NCBI GenBank assembly: GCA_028534125.1
Contig: CM052817.1
Coordinates: 17,796,001-17,860,000, forward strand
Length of the DNA stretch: 64,000 nucleotides
Direction: 5' to 3'
Origin: Lama glama
Taxonomy: Eukaryota
The position numbers and the translations under genes are program-made. Each line of letters starts with the position of its first letter. Position 1 is the first letter of the stretch. The notes beneath the pieces are model-generated. The model searched no databases. It saw nothing but the letters and a program-made list of their open reading frames with translations, and was not told the origin of the DNA. This document shows, in pieces, positions 26,420 through 40,334 of this stretch.

Positions 26420-26641
26420 TGGACATTTATTATTTTAAAAGTAACTTGCTTTTAATGAATAGCACTACATTAAACATACTGTGTAGCTCTCATTTAAAAA
26501 TGATTTTTATGGACATATTATTATGTGTCCTTAGCTTGGCATTATTAAGAGTTCTCTTGACTTTGGGGGGGTATCTGTGTTTTCTTGGAGGATTAAAAAT
26601 TGTAGAATTTATTATTAAACTATAATAAAGAATAGTCATAA

Positions 26642-26905
<264 letters not shown>

Positions 26906-26990
26906 TAAATTCTTTTTGATAGAAAGACATACAAATATATTAAGTTTTGTCATTTTCCTAAGCAGATTAGTGAATTCTAATAGATGATAA

Positions 26991-27149
<159 letters not shown>

Positions 27150-28499
27150 TAGTGATATATGTAGTAAAAATTAAGAAAACAGAAAAGTCACAACATTCAA
27201 ATGTAAAAATACACCTCAATTTCATGCTTTTTAATTTAGAAAGAATATATCAATAATCATTGCTGTTTATCATTGGGAATTATAGCCCACCTTATTTAAA
27301 AAATGCTTTAAAGCAATTACTCAATTTTTATCAATACATTCTTAATGACTTCCTGTTATACTATGTTTAATAAATTTTGGTTGTATATTAAACATGTTTG
27401 ATAGAGGGCACTATAAAATTGCAATATGATTTATGATTTCTTAACGCAGATGCATTACTCATTTTTTGTGGTACCTGCTGCATCCCAACATAGGACCAGG
27501 TTTTCAAAAGCATAGAAATTTTAAATTTCTTTAAAAATACAAGCATAATTTTTATTAGTTTACTCTCCCACAAGAAGATAGATTTAAAAGTTAAATAAAA
27601 TTGGTATCTTTTTTACTCTTGGAGAGAGGCTTAGTGGTTAGGGCTTTTTGAAACTAAAAACAAAAAAAAACTGCTTTTCTTAGCAAAATGAAGCAAAACC
27701 CCTTAAACACCCTCTACTGTATTCCCCCTCCTTTTCTGAAACAGAACACGATGTAGTTGTATTAAAGATGGAGGGGATTTATGAGTAAGTTTGATTCGAG
27801 GTCAGTGTTGAGTGAACAGAAGATCATTTAGCTTTACTGTTCCTGAATATGCTTTGTATTTATCTCTTTGATGGAATATTTCATTGGCTGATGTTTTCTG
27901 GGAGTATTACAGCAGTACTGGGTTGACCTATAATTAATCTAAGTAAATGCATCATTTTATTTTTGTTTTGTTATATTTTTCTATGTCATGGTTGTACAAG
28001 GTGATTTTATTTCCCATTTCAACTTAATAAGCCAAAATATGTGAAACGTAGTAATATTAAGTTATAAAACCTTGAAACTAAAACAAATTATAAAAAGAGG
28101 AAAGGTAGGGAAAGAAGGGTGTAAAAATTGGAAAGAAAAACAAATCAAAGCAACCTCTGCTCTAGTTTTTCTCTTCTCATTCATTCTGTGTCATTCTATT
28201 CTAAGGACAATAATGTTTATTTGCTTTGGCATTAAATGTCTGTGCTACAAAAGCACAATTCAGAGGTTATGCCTGTGATCAGCAACAGCCTATATATGGA
28301 CCACTTAGAAGACAGACTCAAATCTTAAAATAGTGTTTTCACTTACAGTTTCATGTAAAGTACCAATCTGCCTTGCTTGAAAGTCCTCTTTATTTGAATA
28401 TTTTAACATTCAAATCTATGTGGCTCTGAGTATAAAAATACTGCAATAAAAAAAAAAAAGGACCCAGAGAATGCCTTAGGGAAAGTTGCAGTACCATTA

Positions 28500-30065
28500 T
28501 TAACAATGTACTGATAACCTTCTATGTGCCAGGCACTGTCTGGATGCTGGAGATACATTGGTGAGCAAGGTAGACTTCCCTTCCTCTTGGAGCTTACGTT
28601 TTGGTAGTATGACAGACAAAAACCAGCTACAGAAATACCCATGTAATGCACTAAAAAGGTTAATGTAAGTGATAGGAAGACAAATTAAAACAGGATAAAG
28701 GGATGGGGAGTTGGGGGACTGCTTAGAGTGGTCAGGGAAGCCTTTTGGAAGTAGGGCTCTTAGAACAGGGACCAGAATGAAGCTGGGAAACCAAAAAGTG
28801 GGTGAGGAACATTCTAGGCAGACAGAATGAGGACAAAAAGAACTTAAGGTGGAAGGGAATGTGTGAAGACTAGCAAGGAAGCCATTGCTAGAGCCAGGGG
28901 AGGAATGGAGGGGCAGGTGACAGGAAACGATGCCGCCAGGTTAGTCGAGGGCAGCACCTTGTCGAGTCCCTCTCTGTATCTGGGGTAAGGACTTTACGTT
29001 ATCTGTGTGTGGTGAGAGGCCACTTGGGGGGTTTTAAACAGGGAATGATGGCTGGTTTGTGCTTGGTAGAATAATCCTGGCTGCTCTGTGGACAAGACAG
29101 CATAGAGATAAAGCAGTGGAAGCAGAGGGGAAGGTGGTGGGGCTTTTGTCATAAGTCAGGCAGGAGGTGATATCTTAGACTGGGATTGTACTGGTAAGGT
29201 GATGAGAGGTGACTGATTTGTTTGAAAGCAGACTAACAGAATTTGTTGACAGATTGGATGTAAGAGAAAGCAAGGAGTCTAGGATAACTCCAAGGTTTGG
29301 GGATTGAGTGAATGTGGTGTCATCTATTGAGCTGTGAGTTGAGGGAGGATCACGTTTAGGAAGAAATCAAAACTTCTGTTTTTGATTAAGACTGGGAGGC
29401 CTACTAATAGGCAATTTTAGTGAAACTGTTGAATAGGTAGTTAAATATATAAGCTGAGTGCCCGAGAAAGGCTATGGCTGGAGATAGAAATTTAGAAGTT
29501 GCTAGCCTTTGAAGAGTGTAGCAGGTATGGGGTGTGGAGAGAGAAGAGGTCTGAGGACTTGACTCTGGGCCACTAAAGGCCAGTTACAGCAGGTGTATCC
29601 CTGGAAGAAGAACGTGTGGGTCAGATGCTTCTGAGAAAGCTAGTAAGAATGAAGACAGGAGTGCCCGTGGGATTCATCTGTCTTGAAGTGCTTAGTGGCC
29701 TCGCCAAGAGCAGTTGCAGTGGAGACTTTGAGACAAAAGGCTGGAGATTTCAGGAGATGGGGCGGTAAAGAAGAGGAATTTTTCCATAAAGGGGAACGAG
29801 AAACAGGGTGGTAAGAGGGAAGGGCACTTACGTGTAATCATGGAAGAGTTTTCTTTGCTTTTGATTTGATTTTTTTTAATTAATTTTTTTTAGGGGGGAG
29901 GCAGTTAGGCTATTTGTTTATTTATTGGTGGAGGTACTAGAGATTGAACCCAGGACCTCACTTATGCTGAGCATGCGCTCTACCACTGAGCTACACCCTC
30001 CCCACCCTGCTTCTGATTTTAGAAGAGAAATAGTTGTAACGTGTTTGTATGCTGTTGGGAGTGAT
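28500..30065 (-). mobile_element. L2 LINE, long antisense fragment interrupted by a SINE
   Basis: ctatgtgccaggcactgtctggatgctggagataca...gtggtcagggaagcc...aggagtctaggataactccaaggttt...ggctggagatagaaattt is typical L2. Boundaries approximate. Confidence 0.8.
29868..30007 (-). mobile_element. Camelid tRNA-derived SINE (Vic-1-like)
   Basis: gaggtactagagattgaacccaggacctc...gcatgcgctctaccactgagctacaccctcccc; TSD tgcttttgattt (29856-29867) and tgcttctgattt (30008-30019). Confidence 0.88.
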
Positions 30066-30489
30066 CTTCATAATCATCAAACACTCACATGATTACCTTC
30101 CATGTGATAAGTAACATCTAAGGTTTGATAGGATGATCTCAGATATCCATATGTGTTTTGTGGAATATATGGATTGTAAGGTCATAGTGTGTAATAGAGA
30201 GAGCTCAGGCCAGGCGGGCAGCCAGCACTGGAGTCATATTGTGGCCATTCAGCTACTAACCAGGTGATTTTGAGGAACTTACCTGACCTCTGAGCCTGTT
30301 TCCCAATCTGCAAAATGATACCTATTAGAGGTTTTTTTTTTAAAAAAACACATATAAGATAATAATGGACTGTCCTGACTAGCACACCCATAATGGCCTT
30401 CAGAGATAATTTTTCCTTTGATGTTGGAATATTTGTCAAGTATGTCTTATTGGAAAGGTCATCTGAGCTTGCAGATCAAAATATGATTC

Positions 30490-30635
30490 ATAGACCAACA
30501 GGATTAATATCAACTGGGAATTTGCTAGAAATGCAGACTGTCAGGCCCCACGTGTGGTCTATAGGATCAGAACAGATACATGTTTAACGGGAACCCCAGA
30601 TGATTTGTATGGACATTGAAGTTTGAAAAGCACTG
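30490..30635. mobile_element. MER5A-like hAT-Charlie MITE
   Basis: ctgggaatttgctagaaatgcagactgtcaggcccca...gatgatttgtatggacattgaagtttgaaaagcactg. Confidence 0.75.
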
Positions 30636-30900
30636 ATACAGAAAACAAGTACCTGCCTGCTCTATTTTTTTTAGGAGTTTATTGAACAAAGTGACATTTC
30701 CACATTCTTAACATGCTTGACATCTCAAAGTGTTTTTTGTACCTAGCTTTGTTTGTAAATGCTTTTGTATATGTAAGTATATGACAGATAATTGTGATGT
30801 ATTATTTTATAGCATGTTCTTTCTGCATACTCTTGACAGTGAATGAAATGAAAACTCTCCATATGTGATGGCCTTTTCTTTTTTAATTGTTGAAATATAG

Positions 30901-31050
<150 letters not shown>

Positions 31051-32074
31051 TAAATTACCAGTGAAATCTAAAATGTGCGAACTATTAGGTTAGCAGCATA
31101 TGGAAGCTCATTTAATGTTAACTGTACCCAAATACATCAAGCTGTGCTTAGGTATTTATCTCAAGTTCAAGGGTCCTTAGCCCAGATGTTCCTCAGACAT
31201 GGCAGTCATCCTGCCTCAAGGAAGAACTCAAAACCATAAAGATGTTCTCTGAGAAACAGGAAACAAAAAGCCCCTCAGATTATCCAAAAGTAGGTTTTGA
31301 ATGTTCAGTGAATCCCCTGAGATTACATACAGATGACATTGTGTATAGATGCACGCATATTTTGGGGGAGGGTTTATAATTCGCATCGGATTTACATTGG
31401 GGGCCTTCTAAGATGGTAATGAAGACAGGTGTCAAGAGCTACTTTTTAACTATATTTACTCTGAGGGCTTTCACGAGGACGTTTATGACATGAACAAGTC
31501 ATTTAATAGAAGTTATACTTTCCCGTGACACTCATTTGTGAATACCTGGAGACTTTTTCCAGAGAGATGGCCACACCCAGCCAGTCTCCTCAGCCCAGCC
31601 CTGGTGGTCTGGCCTAGGTGTCTGAAGGTAGGGGTAGAGGATCGTCAGTTAGCATCTTGGTTCCTTCCTGCTGAAAGTACAGAAGATTCCAGCTGATCTC
31701 TGAGCAGGAGGGGCTCTCATTCCCTCTTACTCTTAGGGATCCCTGAAGAGTTTTAAACAGCTGTTTATATCACAAATACTCATCTTTTATTAAAGAAATT
31801 ATGCAGGTGCTGGTGTACTCTTAAGTGGTTACCCTGAAAGGCTGTATTGGTTTATAAAGATTTTTAATATATCACTGAAATATTTTGTATTAAAATAAAG
31901 CTGCTACCTGTATGTGAGGTTTGCATATTAATATTCTGCTTGCGTTGGCTAATTAAGCACCATGTTTGGGAAGTTTATAAATTTATACTAAGTTCTCTTC
32001 ATGTTAATGCCAGTCTATGAGTGTTACTTTGGTAAAATTCTTACACTGTGATGTATATAAAACTCAATTTCTAA

Positions 32075-32266
<192 letters not shown>

Positions 32267-32543
32267 TGACTTAGCCCTTTGCAGCCGCTCCCAGCTGTGA
32301 TTTAGCATGGTTTCATTTCACAATAAATTAGATTTGTGTTACATATCATTTGTTGATTAAAAAAAGAAAATAGAAGGAGCATGGTTTTATGCAAGAAATT
32401 TAAATTTAAGTCCATTTGTATGTTATCTTGAGATATTTTTAGTTCACTTTGTCTTAATCATCTCATTTAATGGAAACATTTTAACTATCCATTTTCTCAC
32501 AAAGTAGGTAGTCGAATGAGAAACTCATCTGTGTCCTGAATGA

Positions 32544-32732
<189 letters not shown>

Positions 32733-32800
32733 TGATGGGGGCTGGGTATGTGAGATTCTTTCCTGATACTAATTTAATGCATTAAGCAACCTTATTTTAA

Positions 32801-33169
<369 letters not shown>

Positions 33170-36100
33170 CCGCCGTCCTTTGCCAGGACTCACACTGACT
33201 TAAGTGCTGCACAATGTTGACAGAAAAGGAGAGAGGAAAAAATGAACAATCTTTTGTGGTTTCTTGGGAAAACTTTTCATACCAGGTGATAATTACTATT
33301 CAGAAACCCCATTACCTACAAGTGCTGATTTGAAGTGCAGAAGCCACAGTAAAACAAACAAAAAAACCCATCAAAATGTACAAACTTTTGGAAATCCATT
33401 TTTTTTTCAGCTGTAATTTTTGTTTGGTTGGGTTTTGTTTGGTTTTGTTTAAATGGGCAAAAAAATAGAGATGTGGCCGGAGTAAAAGTTAATCAAAGTA
33501 GAAGACAAAAATCTAACAGTTTTCATGGACCAAGGAACTTGTATAAGCTTTAGTAAAAGGTACATTTTCACCATACCTTTTTTTATATCACAGTATATAG
33601 CACACCTTTGTTACCAAATAGGTGGTTCTCCCTGCCCCTTGGAGTTTTTTGCTCTTAAGTACATTCAGGTTCCAAGCCTGACCATGCTTGTTAATCTAAT
33701 TACCATATTCTTCCAGGTCTTTTTGGTCTAAGGCTGGAACTGTTCTTTTTATTTTATTATTATTATTTTTTTAAAGCTGAAGTCTTATGACTTTTCATGG
33801 GTTGAAATTGTTTGGATTTCAGCAAGTCAAATCTTGTAAAGGCCTGCCTATTTTTTTTAAGATTATATGAAGTCTGTGCAAAAGCTTTAAAAAAAAATGC
33901 CTCTGCCTTGCCTGCAGTACATGCAACATACGTTAACCTAGTCTCTATTCTCAGTCACCATTGATAGTTATTTCTCTGTGTTCCTTTTTTTTTTTTTAAT
34001 GTATTTATAGTGGTAATCCAAGAGGTTCTAACTTTTACCTGGAATTAAATGTGGCCATTCAGTCATTAATGAGTTTAATGGCATGTAACATGTTGATTTT
34101 TGCAGTGTTCCCTCCTCCTTTCCCCTGCAGAAATGTATCTTTGTGTTCCAGGATTTGTTCAGGTTTTTCCCCCTCCTAATCTTGTACATAACTTGTATTA
34201 TGTGTAAGTTAAACATTTTATTTTGAACTTGGAATGTTCCCAGTGATTTCATTCAGCAGGGAGTTTTTCTGCCTTGTTGACATATAACAAAAAAATATCA
34301 TGAGAAGTATTTGCTACCAACTGGTAGATGGTGCCCTTATTGTATAATGAGGAAAATCTTAGCAAAAGCATGCTTTTATTTACTTTTTTTTTTGGTAGCC
34401 TAGGCCAAAACATCATTGTAACCCTAAAACAAGATGCTTTTACTAGATGACCAACTAAAATAGCTGGAAGACAGTACTTAAGTAACAGATAGTTGTAAGA
34501 TTATAAAAATGCAAATATAATTTCTTTCCATCTCTCTCCCTGCCTTTTTTTTTTTTTTTGTCTTGTCTTCCCCAGTACTGAGTGTCTTTATAAATGTCTC
34601 CTACTCAGAAAGCATTTCTTTTCATTCAGTTGAGATTCAGGGTTGTGTGCTGGCCGTGCGTGCTGGGCTCACCATTTTTATGTCACTTCTGTTCCTGCAC
34701 TTCGGTTATACCTTTGTTCAGTTTCTTAGAAATTGCAGCAGACTCGTTGGGCTACATTTAGTACAGGAACCATGTGTGTAATGTTCAAGGACACGGTCTA
34801 GTCATGCAATCATCTTTCTTAGAGTAAAAACTACCTCTAGATTGTGGTAAGCTTTTACTGTCCCATAAAACAGGAGCCACAAGTACCTTAACGAATGCAA
34901 AACTGTAACTTCCTGCAGTGTTTCCCTCCAGAAATGGTCTTTCTGGTGTTCGGAGCTATTTTGAAAAGTTTCCATCAGTAGACATTTTAAAACCTCACTG
35001 TTTGTAGCTTTTCTCCCCCTCAGCTTTGATGTCTTCAGCATTCATCCTTTTGCTCAGACTATGTCATTGTAAATACAGTTCCTCGCATCTTTAAATCGCT
35101 TTTCCCTCAGTTTTCAAGGGGGAGGTCATTTGTAAAACACGTTAGTGGTTAAGTCAAAGTTACTGTGCTTCTCTCTTTACTGCAAGCCTTTTAAATTACT
35201 CACAGGCCGCGTTATACTGTATATGGCCTTTCTCTCTTCAAGTCTGCTCCAGTCACCGGCTTCTCTCTTGTGAGCTAATCCTGCCTCATACTTTAAATCT
35301 GTTTCAGTGACCAAGGGCAGAATTCATTGTGGCCTTATCTTTCTTTGTTTTAACTGTTTACTGCTTTTTCCTGCAAACTTGTGTATTTCTGAGTAGTATT
35401 TATTCCTCTCTCTGTTGAGTCTGGAAGTAGTCTTTACACAGTGCTTTCTGTTCAGAGCGCAGAAATGTTTTCAGTGCTGTTGTACTTTGAATTGGCCACA
35501 AGTTTCCTTCACTTCCCAGGTTTTGTATTCAGTTACAAAATTGTATTTAATCAACTGATAGCATATGAGATGCTTTTGAAGAACAAACTATTCCATACCC
35601 AGATTGCAATTCAAAATAATTTTTCAAGTTTATGACTTTATTAAAATGAACTTTCGTTTGTTTACTGTTTAACTATATCTAGACCATAACCCTTTTCTTC
35701 TTCTTTTTTTTTTTTTGAAAAGTCCAAGAATATACTTATACAGGCATTTATCCCCACTATTTTATGCCATTCTACATACCATAAACTTAAGACTGAAATG
35801 ATTTGTCTTTTGTGGCTTATTGTTTATCAGTAGTTCTTTTGTCAGCTGCTTAAAAACCTTTTTCACGGATTTGTGAATTACTTTCAAGTATAATTTATAG
35901 GAGCCCTGCCCTCTGGTTTAGTAGAACATGGCCCCTCCCCCAGTGGTGGCATTATTAACAATGCTGGTCATTTTTCCTCATAAAGACTCTCAGGATGGTA
36001 ACCACTTCAATTAAAGTATAGCACATTTAAGTTTTGGGGGTTTTTTTTTATGTTTTATTTTGGAAGTGTATCCTATGCTCTCATGAGTCTATGCAGTTTC

Positions 36101-37150
36101 TCAAAATATGCATAGAAGCTGAGTCTTACCCAATATGTTTTTATTAGTTACAATGAATTGATCACATAGATTGGGAAGGCAAGCCAAAGGCTTTAAATGT
36201 AAAGCCTTTTTTAAATGTAAAGTGCCCTTTTTATTTGGAATGATTTTATCGAGTTGAACACTAGTATTAAATATTTAACCTGCTGCTGACTTTTCTTAAA
36301 CTGTGGCAACTAAAGGCATCCTCATGTATGTATGAATTAGTGAAATACTTGTCACTCTTACTGCACAGACTTATTTACGATTACAACAGGTTAATTTTTT
36401 GTTTGTTTTTAATGAAACTGGTACCATCTGTACCCTCACAGAAATTATCCAACACAGTTTTGAGAACTAAACTAACTAGTCATGTTTAATCAGATAATCC
36501 ACACCAGGGCGGGGGGGCAGGGTTGGGGAAGGTCCTTTTTGAAACAAAATGTTACTCAATTATTAACCAAGTTACTTATTTTGATTTCAAAAGCAGCTGT
36601 GTTTCTGATGAGTACTGAACAAATGTGTGTAATTTTCTGTGCCAGACTTTTGACTTTGTTTTCAAGCACTGTAATGTGGGATGAATGGTTAGAAACAATA
36701 ATATATTAGGGTTTCTATGTAACCCTTTCAGGACTGAACTGTATCTCCTTTTATTAATTTTTCCCTGTGTTGTGATAAATGTTCGCCAGCATTCAGTACT
36801 GTGTTGGTCCAGATGTAGATTTATATGCTCATTTTTAGCTTATTTCTTGTACCTTGCAGCATGCTCTACACATTCAGTCCTTAAGGGGTTTATTTTACAA
36901 ACTGTGCGCCTGTAAGGTTTATTAGCAATAAGATAGAAAATTGAGCAAGTTTATACCATAATTTTGTAGAAAAAGGAATCTGCTCAGTTCCATATTTCAT
37001 CCATGAGAAACCTGCAATGTGGGCAGTTTCAAGAAATAAATAAAAAGGAAATGTAAACCATTGTAAAAGTCTTCTGTTGGATGTGCCTGATGCATGTGTT
37101 ACCGTCTTTGATTTCAGAGTATTTCGTAAAGATGATATCAAATTCTGTAT
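33170..37150 (+). other. RBPJ: RBPJ long 3' UTR (end approximate)
   Basis: U-rich, with no recognisable interspersed repeats, running to overlapping AATAAA hexamers with GT/T-rich sequence downstream. Confidence 0.75.
37035..37044 (+). terminator. Candidate distal polyadenylation signal of RBPJ (two overlapping AATAAA)
   Basis: AATAAATAAA, with TGTA motifs nearby and GT-rich sequence downstream. Confidence 0.65.
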
Positions 37151-39205
37151 TAGTTGGTGTATTTGCAGTCTTACCTTGCTGGCTAATCTACATCACATCA
37201 AAGTGATAGCCTTGCTGATTTTTTTACAATGTTTTTAAAAACTATGTAGTGCTTTAAAGAGAGTTTTGTTTGTTTGTTTGTTTTGGGGGGGTTATTGTGT
37301 TTTCCTTCCTTATAAATGGGAAGATGGACTTTGTCACTCAGGGGGTATCTCAGGAACGTTTTGAGCTAATCTTAGCAAGATTAGAGAGCATTATTTAACA
37401 ACAGCTTGCTTTTCCAGTAAAAGGTTGTCATTTGGTCTGGTGTACGAAAGAACGTGTAATGGTTTGTGCTTTTTGGTGGAGGCTCCTAATCAGAGAGAGA
37501 GTATACTTTGTTTAATAGGGAAACAGAAAGTAAAACGGGAAGTTATGTATCTTTTTAAATCAGCAAATTGATATATCTGACCTCCCCCAGAAAGAAAAAA
37601 TAAGAGCAAAGTTATCAGGATTTTGCGAAAGATATCTTCCTCTAAAAGTAGTGACTGTTAAATAAGAAACATTTTAGTTGGGATTTGAATTGTGAGGCCT
37701 TTAACGGCAGAGATTGGCAATAGTTCCTTAATTTAGAATTTAGAAGAGAGTAATGTTTGTACCCCTTGCTGTAAACAGTGCATGATCACTTTCTAAGCAG
37801 TCTTAGGAAAGATGCATCGTGTGTGTTTGTGTGTGGGGGGGGGGGTCATTGAACCCCTAGATGGTTTCCAGTTAAAAATTCAGAGGGCAGCTACATCAGG
37901 TTCTAGTAGTGAGTGATGACAGAAGGAAGTCGTCTCCTCAAAACAAACAAGCAAACAACCAAAATCTAGGAAGATACACTAAAGAAACCCTAAAAACCCC
38001 TGGTTTAGTGCTAGTAACAGTGAGGGCGACAGATTAAGTTGATGCATATAAAGTGTAAATGAGATGATTCACCTTGACCTATGTTAGACGCTAAAGCTTA
38101 AGGCCAAGAGCTGGAACTGGATGTCACAGCCCGCCAGGACCTGCAAGACTGGACAGTTAAACAGTTCTTGGTGCTAAGGATACGGTCGTTTGTGTGCATG
38201 GTACACAGGTATTCAGTCAATAGTTTAAGGTGTTATGCACACATATGTAAAAACCATGCCTCATCTTGGTTTATAGAAAAGGCAGATAATTACTCTAATA
38301 ACCAGAAAAGGGACAAAGTTAACTATAACAAGAAACATGCTAAACAAATAGGTGATTTTACAGCTGTTGGAATTGATGGAATGTTTTACTTTGGGGAAGT
38401 GGTATTTTAAAATGTGGTATTCTATGGCACATTTTTTAAAAGGTAAGTATGACTTTTAGTTGTGTGTCCAGTTCTTTCTAGCATAATCCACTGTAGTCCC
38501 TGCTTTCCACCTCCTTGCATTCCACTGCCCACTCAACTTGCGCCAGTCAGACATTCGGGTCAGTCCTTCCCAGCACCTTGGCCTGGTTGATTTTCTCCTG
38601 GTGCTGGACAAATTAGGGTCAGTTAAATCCCAAACTCTCAATCCAGAAACCCCCCTGATGTTCATGTAAAGGATTCGAGCGTGACGAGGTCATGCCCGGT
38701 GGCCTCTTGAGCTGTCTGGAACAGTGGTTCTTTCTTCCTAGAACTGAGTTTTCTCCCTGCAAGGTACTTCTCCTTCCTCGCCGCACGACACAAAGTGAGT
38801 GATTCTGGCTTTCTTCTTAAGGGCTCACAACTAAGTTCTTAATTCAGATAAATAGACAATACAATGAAAAATTTTGGAAAATAACCGTGACTTGGAGGAC
38901 AATCATTGTGCCTTTAATCCCTGATTATTCTCGAGCGTCTAAGAGGTCCCCTGGGAATTTTAACATCGTCGTTAAGATTCCAAAGGTGCAGATGGTGTGA
39001 TCTTTGGGAAGAACCTCAGGTGGAGGATAATGGAATACACATCTTACTTGCTTAGAAGCATGAATATCCATCCCTTTTATACCTGGGTAGTGCCAGAGGT
39101 TGGAATTAGTTGAGACTCAACCAGGAATTTTTAAATGGCGCATAATGTTTTGGTCTCTGAGCTCAGGAGGGCATGGCTGTTCCCTGAAAATTTTCACTGA
39201 GGGCT

Positions 39206-39569
39206 TGTCTTAGTGTGCTCAGGCTGCCATAATAAAATACCATAGACTGGGTAGATTTATCAACAGAACTTGATTTTCTCATGGACAGTTCTGAAGGTTG
39301 GAAGTCTGAGATCAAGATGCCAATATGGTCAGGTTCTGGAGAGGATGCTTACTGGTTTGCAGATGGCCACCTTCCTGCTGTGTGCCCTGCAGGTGTATCC
39401 TCACCTGACAGATCTCATCTCTTCCAAAGTCCTATCTGATTACGGCGCCACCCTCATGACCTGACTTAGCCTTAATCATCTCCTAAAGGCCCATCTCCAG
39501 ATACAGTTACATTGGGAGTTCGGGCTACAACATGAAATTTGAGGGAGGGAAACAATTCAGTCCATAACA
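39206..39569 (-). mobile_element. MLT1A-type MaLR solo LTR
   Basis: tgtcttagtgtgctcaggctgccataataaaataccatagactgggt...caattcagtccataaca, with TG...CA ends. Confidence 0.85.
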
Positions 39570-40224
39570 GGACCCTTCCCCAAAACCTTCTAGATTACAG
39601 TTTATTGATGCCCGTCTACAGGATGGTATTTAGGTTTCCTGCACTTTAAGTCCTGGTTGGAGTTCTCACTAGTTAGCTAAGATGATAAAATGGACTTGGG
39701 CTGAGGGACAAGGGGAGACGCAAGACTGAGGGAGAAGTCACTTTAACCACTGTTAATTGTTTTATGGCCATTATTTTATCCTGACCACAACTCTGAGCTA
39801 ACGTGCCTGTTTTAGAGATGAAGACACAGGCTCAGGGTTTGTCCAACGTCATCTGGTAAATTTAGCAGAGCTGGGATTCAGCTGTGGACACAGGTGGCCC
39901 AGAGTCACGCTTCTAAGTGCTACTAGACTTCTCAAGTCACAAAGGAGCAGAGGCTGGGATTACTATGACAAGTTGTGTAAGGAACTTCATAGGGGACAGC
40001 CATTCTGTTTCCATTCTCAGTTTACAGTTGAGGAAAACCGAGCCCTAAGGAAGTTGAAAAACCTAAATGTGCTTATGGATTGGAAATGCTTTATTTGCTT
40101 GAAAGTGCTATTTAATTGCCAGGTGTTTGCTTTCATTATTATTTTGGTGCCCTGACCTCTTGGTTAGTGCTTGTGGTCCTCCTAGCCAAGCCTTACACAT
40201 AAATATGTGCTAAATTACACAACT

Positions 40225-40334
40225 AGGGCGTGGGGGTACACATCAGTGGCAGACTGTGTGCTCAGCATGTGCAAGGACTTGGGTTCAATCCCCAGTACCT
40301 CCATTAAAACAAACAACAACAACAAAAGTGATTT
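40225..40334 (+). mobile_element. Camelid tRNA-derived SINE, short form
   Basis: ggggtacacatcagtggcagactgtgtgctcagcatg...gggttcaatccccagtacctcc plus an A-rich tail; TSD taaattacacaact (40211-40224) and taaattatacaact (40335-40348). Confidence 0.85.
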
